Part shown: positions 8,909 to 17,072 of the stretch, piece by piece | Position numbering within the stretch: the first letter of the stretch is position 1 | How the letters are laid out: each line of letters begins with the position of its first letter | Assembly: GCA_049653005.1 (NCBI GenBank) | Contig: JBASFL010000091.1 | Location: 83,946-115,945 of the forward strand | Length of the DNA stretch: 32,000 nucleotides | Source of the DNA: Burkholderiaceae bacterium | GTDB lineage: Bacteria > Pseudomonadota > Gammaproteobacteria > Burkholderiales > Burkholderiaceae_C | Direction of reading: 5' to 3' | The notes under the pieces: model-generated | What the model was told of the DNA's origin: nothing | Database searches by the model: none | What the model saw: only the letters and a program-made list of their open reading frames with translations | Made by a program: the position numbers and the translations under genes

Positions 8909-10714
8909 TCAGGCCTTGGCCTTGACGTAACTGCCGGGCGCTGCTTCCAGTGCCTTGTATTTGCGGCTGCCGTAGGTTTTGGGGGCAGCAATTTGCTTGC
9001 CACCGTGGCCTTGCAACCAGGTGGACCAGTCGGTCCACCAGCTGCCGGGAAACTCTTTGGCGCTGGCAATCCAGTCGTTTACGTTGGCCGGGAACTGGTT
9101 GGCAGGGCCAATCCAATGGCTGCGTTTGTTTTTGGCGGCGGGGTTGATCACGCCGGCAATGTGGCCCGATGCGCCCATGACAAAACGCTTGGGGCCGCTC
9201 AGGTGCTGGGTGCTGGCGTAGGCACCGCCGGGGGGCACGATGTGGTCTTCGCGCGAGCCGTAGATGTAAACAGGCATGTCCAGGTCGCGCAGGTCGATTT
9301 TTTGGCCACACACCGTGGTGCCGCCGGGTTTGCACAGGCGGTTTTCCAGGTAGGTGTTGCGCAGATACCAGGCGTAGTAGTGACCAGGCAGGTTGGTGCT
9401 GTCGCTGTTCCAGTACAACAGGTCAAACGGTGGGGGGGTTTCGCCCTTCAGGTAGTTGCCCACCACGTAGTTCCACACCAGGTCGTTGGGGCGCAGGAAG
9501 CTGAAGGTGGTGGCCAGGTCGCGCCCGGGCATGAGGCCGCCGTTGGCAAACTGCATTTCACGGAACTTGACGAAGGGTTCGTCAATGAACACGTCCAGAA
9601 TGCCGGTGTCGGTGAAGTCGAGCAGCGTGGTCAGGAAGGTGGCGCTGTGCGCGGGCTTTTCGCCACGGGCTGCCAGCACGGCCAAGCCGCTGGCCAGCAT
9701 GGTGCCGCCCACGCAGAAACCCAGGGTGTTGAGGGTTTCGGCACCCGTGATTTCCTGGGTGACGCTGATGGCTTTGACAATGGCGTGTTCGATGTAGTCG
9801 TCCCAGGTTTTCTGGGCCAACGAATCGTCGGGGTTGCGCCAACTGACCACGAAGGTGCGGTGGCCCTGGGCCACGGCGTAGCGGATCAGCGAGTTCTCGG
9901 GCTGCAGGTCAAGGATGTAAAACTTGTTGATGCAAGGCGGCACCAGCAGGAACGGGCGTTCGTACACCTTGGCGGTGAGGGGCTTGTATTCGATGAGCTG
10001 GAACAGGTCGTTCTCGAACACGACCGCGCCTTCGGTGGTGGCCACGTTTTTGCCCACCTCAAACACGCTTTCGTCCGTCATGGACACGTGGCCCTGCTTC
10101 ATGTCGTGCAGCAGGTTTTGCACGCCTTTGGCAATGCTCTCGCCCTTGGTGTCGATGGCTTTTTTCTGGGCTTCTGCGTTGAAGGCCAGGAAGTTGCTGG
10201 GCGAACTGGCGTCAATCCACTGCTGCACGGCAAAACGCACGCGGGCACGGGTTTTGGCGTCGCCGTCCACCGCATCGGCCAGGGCCATCAGGGTGCGGGC
10301 GTTCACCAGGTACAGCGCGGCTGAAAACGCGGACACGGGGTTGCCAGTCCACGCGTCGTTGGCAAAGCGGCGGTCGCCGGTGGGCTTGGCTTCCATGCCC
10401 TGGTTCCACAACGCTGCCACGTCGCGCAGGTATTGCGTTTGGATTTCCAGCGCTTTGGCAGGGTCAATTTTGGGTGCGGCCTGGCCGGGCGTGGCGAGCA
10501 AATCGGTCAATTGGCCGAAATTGGCTGCACCGGGCATTTGGGGCATGCCGGGCATTTGACCGGCGGGCATGCCAAACGCGCCAAAGGCAGCAAAGGGGTT
10601 GGGCGCACCTGCGGCACCGGGCTGGGCGGTACCGGCCAAGGCCTGTGTCCATCCGTCCAGCATGTTTTTCTGGAACTGCTGTGCAGCCTCCAGCCACTTG
10701 GGGTCAAAATTCAT
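8909..10714 (-). CDS. phaC: Class I poly(3-hydroxyalkanoate) synthase
   Basis: 601 aa from the ATG at 10714 (MNFDPKWLEAAQQF...), preceded by GAGGAGACATCC. It has the lipase-box-like GFCVGG and the conserved YILDL and WN.D.TNLPG motifs. The ORF-track N-terminal extension to 10921 is His/Cys-rich junk. Confidence 0.93.
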   Translation of the reverse strand: MNFDPKWLEAAQQFQKNMLDGWTQALAGTAQPGAAGAPNPFAAFGAFGMPAGQMPGMPQMPGAANFGQLTDLLATPGQAAPKIDPAKALEIQTQYLRDVAALWNQGMEAKPTGDRRFANDAWTGNPVSAFSAALYLVNARTLMALADAVDGDAKTRARVRFAVQQWIDASSPSNFLAFNAEAQKKAIDTKGESIAKGVQNLLHDMKQGHVSMTDESVFEVGKNVATTEGAVVFENDLFQLIEYKPLTAKVYERPFLLVPPCINKFYILDLQPENSLIRYAVAQGHRTFVVSWRNPDDSLAQKTWDDYIEHAIVKAISVTQEITGAETLNTLGFCVGGTMLASGLAVLAARGEKPAHSATFLTTLLDFTDTGILDVFIDEPFVKFREMQFANGGLMPGRDLATTFSFLRPNDLVWNYVVGNYLKGETPPPFDLLYWNSDSTNLPGHYYAWYLRNTYLENRLCKPGGTTVCGQKIDLRDLDMPVYIYGSREDHIVPPGGAYASTQHLSGPKRFVMGASGHIAGVINPAAKNKRSHWIGPANQFPANVNDWIASAKEFPGSWWTDWSTWLQGHGGKQIAAPKTYGSRKYKALEAAPGSYVKAKA

Positions 10715-10855
10715 GGATGTCTCCTCGGTCAGCAACCCTGACGAACAGGGGCAAATGGTTTTGTGATAGCCACATTGAGTGTGGGCGGGGCACCTTCCAG
10801 CACACTGACACTTGGCTGGGCGGCGGGTGTGCCACAAGCAGAAAGAACGACTGAC

Positions 10856-11185
10856 ATGTACCTGGTGGCAATGGGGTGGCTTTATGTGGCCGTGATGATG
10901 TCTTTGGCGGAAGCCATGCATCCCAACGGCACTGCGTTGGGTGCCATGGTAACTTTTTTGCTTTACGGGTTGTTACCCATAGGGTTGGTCCTGTATGTGA
11001 TGGGCACGCCACTGCGCCGCAAAGCCCGGCAAGCGACGGATGCGGCGCTTGAAACAGAGGCACGGGCGGCCGGTGCAGCGGCACTGAAGGCACAAAACGC
11101 CGCATCAATCCAGCCAGATGCAAGCGGCCATGCGCCCGGTGCTGCCGAGCTGGGCGGCGTCGCGGCGGTGCGAAAACCAGACTGA
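10856..11185 (+). CDS. Small two-helix membrane protein (hypothetical)
   Basis: From the ATG at 10856: MYLVAMGWLYVAVMMSLAEAMHPNGTALGAMVTFLLYGLLPIGLVLYVMGTPLRRKARQ... This gives two clear TM helices followed by a basic/Ala-rich tail. The tail overlaps the convergent pgeF 3' end by 81 nt, so its true C-terminus is uncertain. Confidence 0.45.
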   Translation: MYLVAMGWLYVAVMMSLAEAMHPNGTALGAMVTFLLYGLLPIGLVLYVMGTPLRRKARQATDAALETEARAAGAAALKAQNAASIQPDASGHAPGAAELGGVAAVRKPD

Positions 11186-11986
11186 GGGCTGGCCCACGGT
11201 GCACCAGACGGGGCTGCTGTCGTTGCCGTACACACGGTTTATGCCCAACGCGGCCAATTGCAGCCTTGCCAGTGCAGCCAAGTCACAGTGGTGAAACCCT
11301 GGTTTGCCCAAAATAGCCTTGAAACACGCCGCCGTTGCGGCGAAGTGCTGGGCGTTGTCCAGAAAGGCCGTGCGCACGTCTGGGCCCACTTCAAACGCCT
11401 CTGGCCCTATGCACGGCCCCAGCCAAGCCATGGTGCCGGTTGTGGGCGATTGGGCAGGAATGGAATCAATAGCAAACGGTTCAACATTATCAAGCGATAG
11501 AGCACTGAAATGCTTTAAAAATGGTGCCAACATGCCCCCCGTGGCGACATCACCCGCACCGGCCAACCCACGCCAACCCGCGTGCGCAGCGCCCACGGTT
11601 TGGCCCGCAGCGTCACACAGCAGCACGGGCAAGCAGTCGGCCACCATCACGGTGCAAGCCAACCGGGTTTGGCGGGTCACGCAGGCGTCCGCCTGTGTGC
11701 CGTGCGGCGTGTCAGGCGCCAAGGTCACGCAACGGGCCCCGTGTACCTGCTGCAAAAAAACGGGTTGCGCGCCCAACGCAGCGGCCAAGTGCTGGCGGTT
11801 GGCCTGCACGCGGTGGGGCTCGTCACGCACGTGGTCACCGAGGTTGAGGCTGTCGAAGGGTGGCTCGGACGTGCCACCGTGGCGCGTGGTCATCACCGCC
11901 TTCACCCGGGCGGGGGCTGGCCAATCGGGCACCCAGGCCTGGGGCAAGGCGGCAAACGGGGACGGCAACGCGTCAACCCTGTGCAT
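11105..11986 (-). CDS. pgeF: Peptidoglycan editing factor PgeF / YfiH (laccase-domain, DUF152) protein
   Basis: TTRHGGTSEPPFDSLNLGDHVRDEP...ADACVT...VADCLPVLL...AAHAGWRG...CT...FSHRRD...TGRMAACIWL is the canonical YfiH motif set. The start is at the ATG at 11986, or alternatively 12022. Confidence 0.85.
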   Translation of the reverse strand: MHRVDALPSPFAALPQAWVPDWPAPARVKAVMTTRHGGTSEPPFDSLNLGDHVRDEPHRVQANRQHLAAALGAQPVFLQQVHGARCVTLAPDTPHGTQADACVTRQTRLACTVMVADCLPVLLCDAAGQTVGAAHAGWRGLAGAGDVATGGMLAPFLKHFSALSLDNVEPFAIDSIPAQSPTTGTMAWLGPCIGPEAFEVGPDVRTAFLDNAQHFAATAACFKAILGKPGFHHCDLAALARLQLAALGINRVYGNDSSPVWCTVGQPSVWFSHRRDAAQLGSTGRMAACIWLD

Positions 11987-12614
11987 CGGGGCAAGCAGAG
12001 GGCTGTGTTTCGCTGAACGCATCCAGCTTCATGCAGGCATCGAACACGGCTTGCACACGGGCCAGGCCGTCCATCGGCACATTGAAACGCTGGGCATTGA
12101 AAATCTGCGGCACCAGCAGGCAGTCGGCCAGCGTGGGTGCATCACCATGGCAGAACGCACCACCAGGCCCCGTGGACAGCTGTCGCTCAAAGGCTTCCAG
12201 ACCTTGGCGTACCCAGTGGGCGTACCAGCGGGTTTTGTCGGTGTCGCTGACCCCCATGTCATTGACGAGGTACTTCAGCACACGCAGGTTGTTCAGGGGG
12301 TGTATTTCGCACGCGACCGATTGGGCCAATGCCCTCACCCGGGCTCGGCCCAGCGCGTCCGAGGGGAGCAAAGGCGGCTGTGGGTGCACCTCATCCAGGT
12401 ATTCGATGATGGCCATTGACTGGGTCAAGGATTCGCCGCTGTCGAGCACCAGCAAAGGCACCACGGGGTCGGCCACCAAGCCTGCATAAACGGGTTGCAA
12501 CTGTTCACCACGCAGCAGGTTCACGGGTATGTGTTCGTAGGTGAGGCCTTTGTAGGCCAGGGCGATGCGCACGCGGTACGACGCTGACGAGCGAAAGTAG
12601 TTGTAGAGCTTCAT
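11973..12614 (-). CDS. maiA: Maleylacetoacetate (or maleylpyruvate) isomerase, zeta-class GST
   Basis: From the ATG at 12614: MKLYNYFRSSASYRVRIALAYKGLTYEHIPVNLLRGEQ... The SSASYRVRIAL motif is typical of GST-zeta/MaiA. The ORF-track extension to 12674 was rejected. Confidence 0.85.
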   Translation of the reverse strand: MKLYNYFRSSASYRVRIALAYKGLTYEHIPVNLLRGEQLQPVYAGLVADPVVPLLVLDSGESLTQSMAIIEYLDEVHPQPPLLPSDALGRARVRALAQSVACEIHPLNNLRVLKYLVNDMGVSDTDKTRWYAHWVRQGLEAFERQLSTGPGGAFCHGDAPTLADCLLVPQIFNAQRFNVPMDGLARVQAVFDACMKLDAFSETQPSACPDAQG

Positions 12615-12706
12615 GACCGCCAGCATAAACCGCCATGGCACCCATTTCCAGCCGACTGTGGCGTGCCATGGCACACTCTTTTCACAACCACTTTGCAGGA
12701 TGCCCC

Positions 12707-13414
12707 ATGTCTGTTTCTGACGTTTATGTGTTGCCCCCGCCTACCACGGTGTCGTTGCCCGTTGTGGGCACCAAGGCACGCTTCCCGATCCACCGCGTGT
12801 ATTGCGTGGGACGCAATTACGAGGAACACGCAAAGGAGATGGGTTTCACCGGGCGCGAACCCCCGTTTTTTTTCATGAAACCGGCCGATGCCGTGGTACC
12901 GGTGGCCGCAGGCACACAAGCCGTGCTGCCCTACCCCACCCTCACACAGAACCTTCACCATGAAATCGAGCTGGTGGTGGCCATCGGCGTGGGGGGCGCG
13001 GGTATCAAAGCAGAAGACGCGCTGAAGCATGTGTTTGGTTACGCGGTGGGGCTGGACATGACGCGCCGTGACCTGCAAAACGACATGAAGAAGCAAGGCC
13101 GCCCCTGGTGCATAGGCAAGGCGTTTGAGGCTTCCGGCCCCGTGGGAGCCATCACACCTTGCGCAGACGCACCTCTGGTGCACCAGGCCGCCATCCAGCT
13201 GGAGGTGAATGGACAAACGCGCCAGAGCAGCCACATCCACCGCCTGATCTGGAGCGTGGCGGAAACCATCGAACACCTGTCAGCTGCCTGGACCCTGCAA
13301 CCAGGCGATTTGATTTTCACAGGCACACCCGAAGGTGTGGGTGCCGTGGTGCGTGGCGATGTGCTGCGGGGCAGCGTCGAAGGCTTGGAAGCCTTGCACG
13401 TGCAAATGGGCTGA
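12707..13414 (+). CDS. Fumarylacetoacetate hydrolase (FAH) family protein, short bacterial type (fumarylpyruvate/acylpyruvate hydrolase-like)
   Basis: From the ATG at 12707: ...IHRVYCVGRNYEEHAKEMG...PFFFMKPADAVV...LHHEIELVVAIG...GYAVGLDMTRRDLQ...KAFE.SGP...GDLIFTGTPEGVG. This is the FAH-fold metal-binding pattern. It is divergent from maiA. Confidence 0.85.
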   Translation: MSVSDVYVLPPPTTVSLPVVGTKARFPIHRVYCVGRNYEEHAKEMGFTGREPPFFFMKPADAVVPVAAGTQAVLPYPTLTQNLHHEIELVVAIGVGGAGIKAEDALKHVFGYAVGLDMTRRDLQNDMKKQGRPWCIGKAFEASGPVGAITPCADAPLVHQAAIQLEVNGQTRQSSHIHRLIWSVAETIEHLSAAWTLQPGDLIFTGTPEGVGAVVRGDVLRGSVEGLEALHVQMG

Positions 13415-13426
13415 AGCTGGTACGCC

Positions 13427-14008
13427 ATGTCTTCAACCCAAACCCCTCATCACACACACCGCCCTCCCCTTCGGCATTGCCGCGCATGCGGTACAGCCGT
13501 GGTGCACCGCGTGCCAGACGACGGCGACACCCGCACCCGCGCCGTGTGCCCGGCCTGCCACACCATCCATTACGAAAACCCCCTCAATGTGGTGGGCACC
13601 GTGCCGTTTTGGGGGGAAAGTGGCGAAAAGGTGTTGCTGTGCAAACGCAACATCGAACCCCGCAAAGGGTTTTGGACGCTCCCCGCCGGGTTCATGGAAC
13701 TGGGTGAGAGCACAGCGGAAGGTGCGGCCAGGGAAACCGACGAGGAAGCCGGCGCCCACATCCAGCTGCTGGGTTTGTTCACCGTCATGAACGTCACACG
13801 GGTGAGCCAAGTGCACCTGTATTACCGGGCGCGATTGCTGAGCGACACCTTTGCCCCTGGCCACGAAACCATGGAGGCCCGTTTGTTTGAAGAACAAGAC
13901 ATCCCGTGGGATGCACTGGCGTTCAAAACCGTGCGGACCACCCTGGAAGCCTATTTCGATGACCGCCGCAAAGGCAGTTTCGGCATTCACACCATCGACA
14001 TTGCTTGA
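13427..14008 (+). CDS. NUDIX hydrolase with N-terminal zinc ribbon
   Basis: CRACGTAVV...CPACHTIHYENP forms a 4-Cys ribbon. It is followed by the Nudix box GFMELGESTAEGAARETDEEAG. Confidence 0.85.
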   Translation: MSSTQTPHHTHRPPLRHCRACGTAVVHRVPDDGDTRTRAVCPACHTIHYENPLNVVGTVPFWGESGEKVLLCKRNIEPRKGFWTLPAGFMELGESTAEGAARETDEEAGAHIQLLGLFTVMNVTRVSQVHLYYRARLLSDTFAPGHETMEARLFEEQDIPWDALAFKTVRTTLEAYFDDRRKGSFGIHTIDIA

Positions 14009-14077
14009 CCAAGCACACCGGGGGACAAAATCTCCCGGTCGTGAAAACAGATGCAAAGGGGTTGAGAAAAAACAAAA

Positions 14078-14110
14078 GCCCGGACACTTTCGTGTCCGGG
14101 CTTTGAATAA
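14078..14110. terminator. Bidirectional rho-independent terminator; inferred native terminator of tRNA-Pro before island insertion, now also serving the NUDIX gene
   Basis: Perfect 10-bp stem GCCCGGACAC(14078-14087)/GTGTCCGGGC(14092-14101) with loop TTTC. The flanks are AAAAAACAAAA upstream (a U-run in minus sense) and TTTGAATAA downstream. Confidence 0.75.
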
Positions 14111-14162
14111 ATGGTCGGCGTGGCGGGATTCGAACTCGCTACCCCTTGCACCCCATGCAAGT
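14111..14162 (-). repeat. Left att repeat: displaced 3' fragment (about 51 nt) of tRNA-Pro
   Basis: ATGGTCGGCGTGGCGGGATTCGAACTCGCTACCCCTTGCACCCCATGCAAGT is identical at 51/52 positions to 23763-23814 (T at 14140 versus G at 23792). Similarity stops exactly where the 5' part of the tRNA would continue. Confidence 0.9.
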
Positions 14163-14223
14163 TTTGGAGATTCCGGCCAGCGCCAGCCGAATCCAGACCT
14201 CAAGAAATTCTCCATATGAATCA

Positions 14224-14239
14224 TTGACTTATAAGTCAA
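14224..14239. promoter_or_regulatory. Perfect 16-bp palindrome TTGACTTATAAGTCAA between att core and integrase gene
   Basis: The sequence read directly is its own reverse complement. It is preceded by AATCATTGACTTA, which is close to an IHF-like WATCAR-N4-TTR pattern. It is located in the arm region of the reconstructed attP. Confidence 0.4.
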
Positions 14240-14293
14240 CAGGGAGAAACATCGTCCAAAGAACTCCAGCCAGATACACTCAGAGCCAGCCCA

Positions 14294-14323
14294 AGCGGTG
14301 TGGGTAACGGTGTGGGGAAAAAC
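14294..14323. repeat. 30-bp arm-type repeat, copy 1 (contains tandem CGGTGTGGG half-sites); ends 11 nt before the integrase ATG
   Basis: AGCGGTGTGGGTAACGGTGTGGGGAAAAAC is identical (30/30) to 23671-23700, in the same orientation. Confidence 0.8.
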
Positions 14324-14334
14324 TGGAGAGTGGA

Positions 14335-15726
14335 ATGGCACTGATCACGGAACTGGAATTGAAGGCACTCAAAGCGAGTGACCATGGACGCCGCTTGACC
14401 ATGGGCCGCTCGCTTTATGGCGGGGTGAGTGTGGGCTCCAATGGCACCGTGAGCGTGCATGTTTCGTGGCGGTACAAAGTTGGCGGCAAGGTGCGGGAAA
14501 AGCCAATCGGCACCTGGAAGGCAAAGGACGGCATGAGCCTGAAAGCCATATTCGCGGAACGTGAGCGGCTGGCGGTGGCTCTGCGCGACGGCACCGACCC
14601 CGTGGCCCAACGTGAAGCCGAGCGCGAGGCAAAAGCAAAGCAAACAGAGATTGACCGCATCAAAGCCGAGGCTGACCACCAACAGGCCTTGTTGGAGCAG
14701 CAGCAGCGGCTGGAAGTGATCGCGGCACAGCAAGCGCGCCAGACAGTGCGTAACCTGTTTGCCTTGTGGCACCGCCTGGAGCTTGCAAGGCGCGACGATG
14801 GGGGCGCAGAAACCCTGCGCTCTTTCACTGCCGACGTGTTTCCACTGCTAGGTGACATGGCCGCCGAGGATGTGAAGAAGGCCCACATTCGGCAAGTGCT
14901 GGACAGCATCCAAGCCCGCGCCACCCCGGGCAAACCCATGGTGCGCACCCAAAAGAAAACACTGTCAGACCTGCGGCAGATGTTCGCCTTTGCCCTTGAC
15001 CGCGACCTGCTGGAAGCCGACCCCACCGCCAGCGTGAAGAAAAAGGCGTTGGGCAAGGACGTGGAGCGAGAACGGCATTTCAGCGAAGCGGAGCTGATCG
15101 AGTTTTTCCAAAAGCTACCCGCGTCGGGTTTGGCTGAAACCTCACAGCTTGCGTTGCTGATTCAGCTTTCCACGGTGGCCCGCATTGGCGAAGTGCTGGG
15201 CGCGCGCTGGGCTGATGTTGACCTGGAGCGCAGAACATGGCGACTGCCCGACACCAAGAACGGCAAAGACCACACCGTGACCCTGAGCGACTACGCTGCC
15301 CGCCAGTTCGAGCAATTGCACCAAGCCACCGGCCTGACCCCTTGGTGTTTCCCGGCCAGCCGAATAGACGGGCCTGTGTGTGAAAAGACCGTCACCAAAC
15401 AGGTGGCAGACCGCCAGCGCCCTGACGCCAGCCCAATGAGCGGGCGCACCAAGCAAACCACGGCGCTGGTGATCGGTGAAAAGTGGACACCCCACGACCT
15501 GCGGCGCACTGGGGCCACCCACATGGCAAAGCTGGGGGTATTGGATGGCGTGATCGAAAAGTGCCTGAACCACACCGATGAGAACAAGGTGCGGCGCATC
15601 TACAACCGCGAGCAGTACGCACAGCCCATGCGCGATGCGTGGCACCTGCTGGGTGAACGGCTGGCGCTGTTTCAGGCACAAGCCGAGGGCAAGGCCACCA
15701 ACGTGGTGACGCTGCGGGCGGCGTGA
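14335..15726 (+). CDS. Tyrosine integrase, P4-type (N-terminal DUF4102 arm-binding domain plus phage-integrase catalytic domain)
   Basis: 463 aa. The N-terminus is LKALKASDHGRRLTMGRSLYGGVSVGSNGTVSVHVSWRYKVGGKVREKPIGTW (DUF4102 pattern). Catalytic residues are recognisable in ARIGEVLGARWADVDL (Arg), TPHDLRRTGATHM (His-x-x-Arg), CLNH (His) and RRIYNREQY (Tyr). Confidence 0.92.
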   Translation: MALITELELKALKASDHGRRLTMGRSLYGGVSVGSNGTVSVHVSWRYKVGGKVREKPIGTWKAKDGMSLKAIFAERERLAVALRDGTDPVAQREAEREAKAKQTEIDRIKAEADHQQALLEQQQRLEVIAAQQARQTVRNLFALWHRLELARRDDGGAETLRSFTADVFPLLGDMAAEDVKKAHIRQVLDSIQARATPGKPMVRTQKKTLSDLRQMFAFALDRDLLEADPTASVKKKALGKDVERERHFSEAELIEFFQKLPASGLAETSQLALLIQLSTVARIGEVLGARWADVDLERRTWRLPDTKNGKDHTVTLSDYAARQFEQLHQATGLTPWCFPASRIDGPVCEKTVTKQVADRQRPDASPMSGRTKQTTALVIGEKWTPHDLRRTGATHMAKLGVLDGVIEKCLNHTDENKVRRIYNREQYAQPMRDAWHLLGERLALFQAQAEGKATNVVTLRAA

Positions 15727-16255
15727 ACCGATGACGCAACACCGAGACAGACCGTGAAGCTATTGCCGATTTGCCGGGGCGCATTGCGCTGTTTGAGGGG
15801 CTAAGGTGGCCTGACGTACCGTCCACCGTTCAAGACGAGCGCGGCGTGAAAATCCGTCTCAACACTTCAATGAACGCCCCCCAACACACACCACTGCGCG
15901 CACTGGAACAAACCACCAAAGGCTGATGCGGTTTGACCGCCAAAACCTCCACAAAACCGCGCCACAATGCACGCAGCGAAGTCCAGAGGTGTGCCAATGG
16001 ACGAAGCTGAAAAGGCGAGAGCCACCAGACCAGCCCAGCAAGGCTGAAAAGGTAGCTCTCAGGTTTGCACCAGTTACCCAGTGCGTTGCAGTTTGGACGA
16101 CTTGCGACACAAATTAAACCACGACACGATAGGGTGGCCTATCTGTCTTTATGTCCAGCAGTGGCTAAAGGCGTGCAAAAGCGCCTTTAACTCATACGCT
16201 GGCTGTGGCGGGTTCCTGGTGCGTTTGATTGACGACACCACAAAGGAAAAGCCAC

Positions 16256-16465
16256 ATGGCCACACCCTCCCCCACCCTCCCCACCGTCGGGGAATTTCTC
16301 GACAAGCTGCCCACCGTCCTGGCACGTACAGGGTACAGCCGCAGTCGTTGGTACCAAGGCATTCAAACGGGTGAATTCCCCAAGCCCGTCAAGCTGGGTG
16401 CTCGCGCTGTGGCCTGGAAGCGTAGCGAGATCGACCGCCTGATCGAATCCCTGCAAACCGCCTGA
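16256..16465 (+). CDS. AlpA-family helix-turn-helix regulator / excisionase-like protein
   Basis: FLDKLPTVLARTGYSRSRWYQGIQTGEFPKPVKLGARAVAWKRSEIDRLIESL matches the AlpA/Xis (MerR-like wHTH) consensus (..G.SRST.Y....G.FP.PVKLG.RAV.W...E...W). The ATG at 16256 is preceded by AAAGGAAAA. The ORF-track start is at 16229. Confidence 0.85.
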   Translation: MATPSPTLPTVGEFLDKLPTVLARTGYSRSRWYQGIQTGEFPKPVKLGARAVAWKRSEIDRLIESLQTA

Positions 16466-16476
16466 GGTGAACCACC

Positions 16477-16743
16477 ATGGAACACCAACAGCACGGTGCT
16501 ATGCCGGGGACAACTGCGCCCAAAAACTCCCCCATCCTCTACGAACACCCTGATGGTTACACCGTTGGTTACACCGACAACCGCCTGTTCGTCGTTGATG
16601 ACAACGGACTTGAGGTGCGCATACCGATTGGCCCCCGTGGCTTGATCGAGCTGGGCCTGAAGATGATGGCCGTGGGCACAACCACAGAAGCCCTGGCGGC
16701 GCTCAAGCTGGCAGCAGCGCAGAGCGCGGGAGGCACCCACTGA
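16477..16743 (+). CDS. Hypothetical protein (88 aa)
   Basis: It starts 12 nt after the alpA-like stop, and its stop overlaps the next start (TGATG). Its codon usage is like that of its neighbours. No recognisable motif was found. Confidence 0.5.
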   Translation: MEHQQHGAMPGTTAPKNSPILYEHPDGYTVGYTDNRLFVVDDNGLEVRIPIGPRGLIELGLKMMAVGTTTEALAALKLAAAQSAGGTH

Positions 16744-17072
16744 TGGCCCCCCAAAAACAAACCCCCACCAGCGGGCAAACACTGGCAGGGGCAACAGGCT
16801 TTCAACAGTCAAAACCTATTCTATCGCCCGCCTGCAAAGCGCGAACAGCTACGGTTTTCGCCAACGACATGGACACACCAACCGGCCAGCGTGCCGACAA
16901 GGCATTCACCACCCTGGCGGCGCAGCTTGCACTGCAAGGCCACACCCTGACCCGCAGCAACCCCAACGACGGCCCGGTGCGGTACTACGCCAGCCGCTGG
17001 GGCATGGTGCGCCAACTGCCCGACTTGGACGCTGTGGGCGCATTCGCCCGCATGGTGGGAGGTGCCCAATGA
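16743..17072 (+). CDS. Hypothetical protein (109 aa)
   Basis: It is translationally coupled on both sides (TGATG at 16741-16745, ATGA at 17069-17072). No recognisable motif was found. Confidence 0.5.
   Translation: MAPQKQTPTSGQTLAGATGFQQSKPILSPACKARTATVFANDMDTPTGQRADKAFTTLAAQLALQGHTLTRSNPNDGPVRYYASRWGMVRQLPDLDAVGAFARMVGGAQ

Noticed and set aside
10715-10921. N-terminal extensions offered by the ORF track (phaC to 10921; TAXI gene to 5787; pheS to 28335; rpmI to 29076; maiA to 12674; thrS to 31716)
   Set aside because: The extensions lack similarity to the respective families, lack an SD, or run into upstream genes. Internal starts have good SDs and family-typical N-termini.
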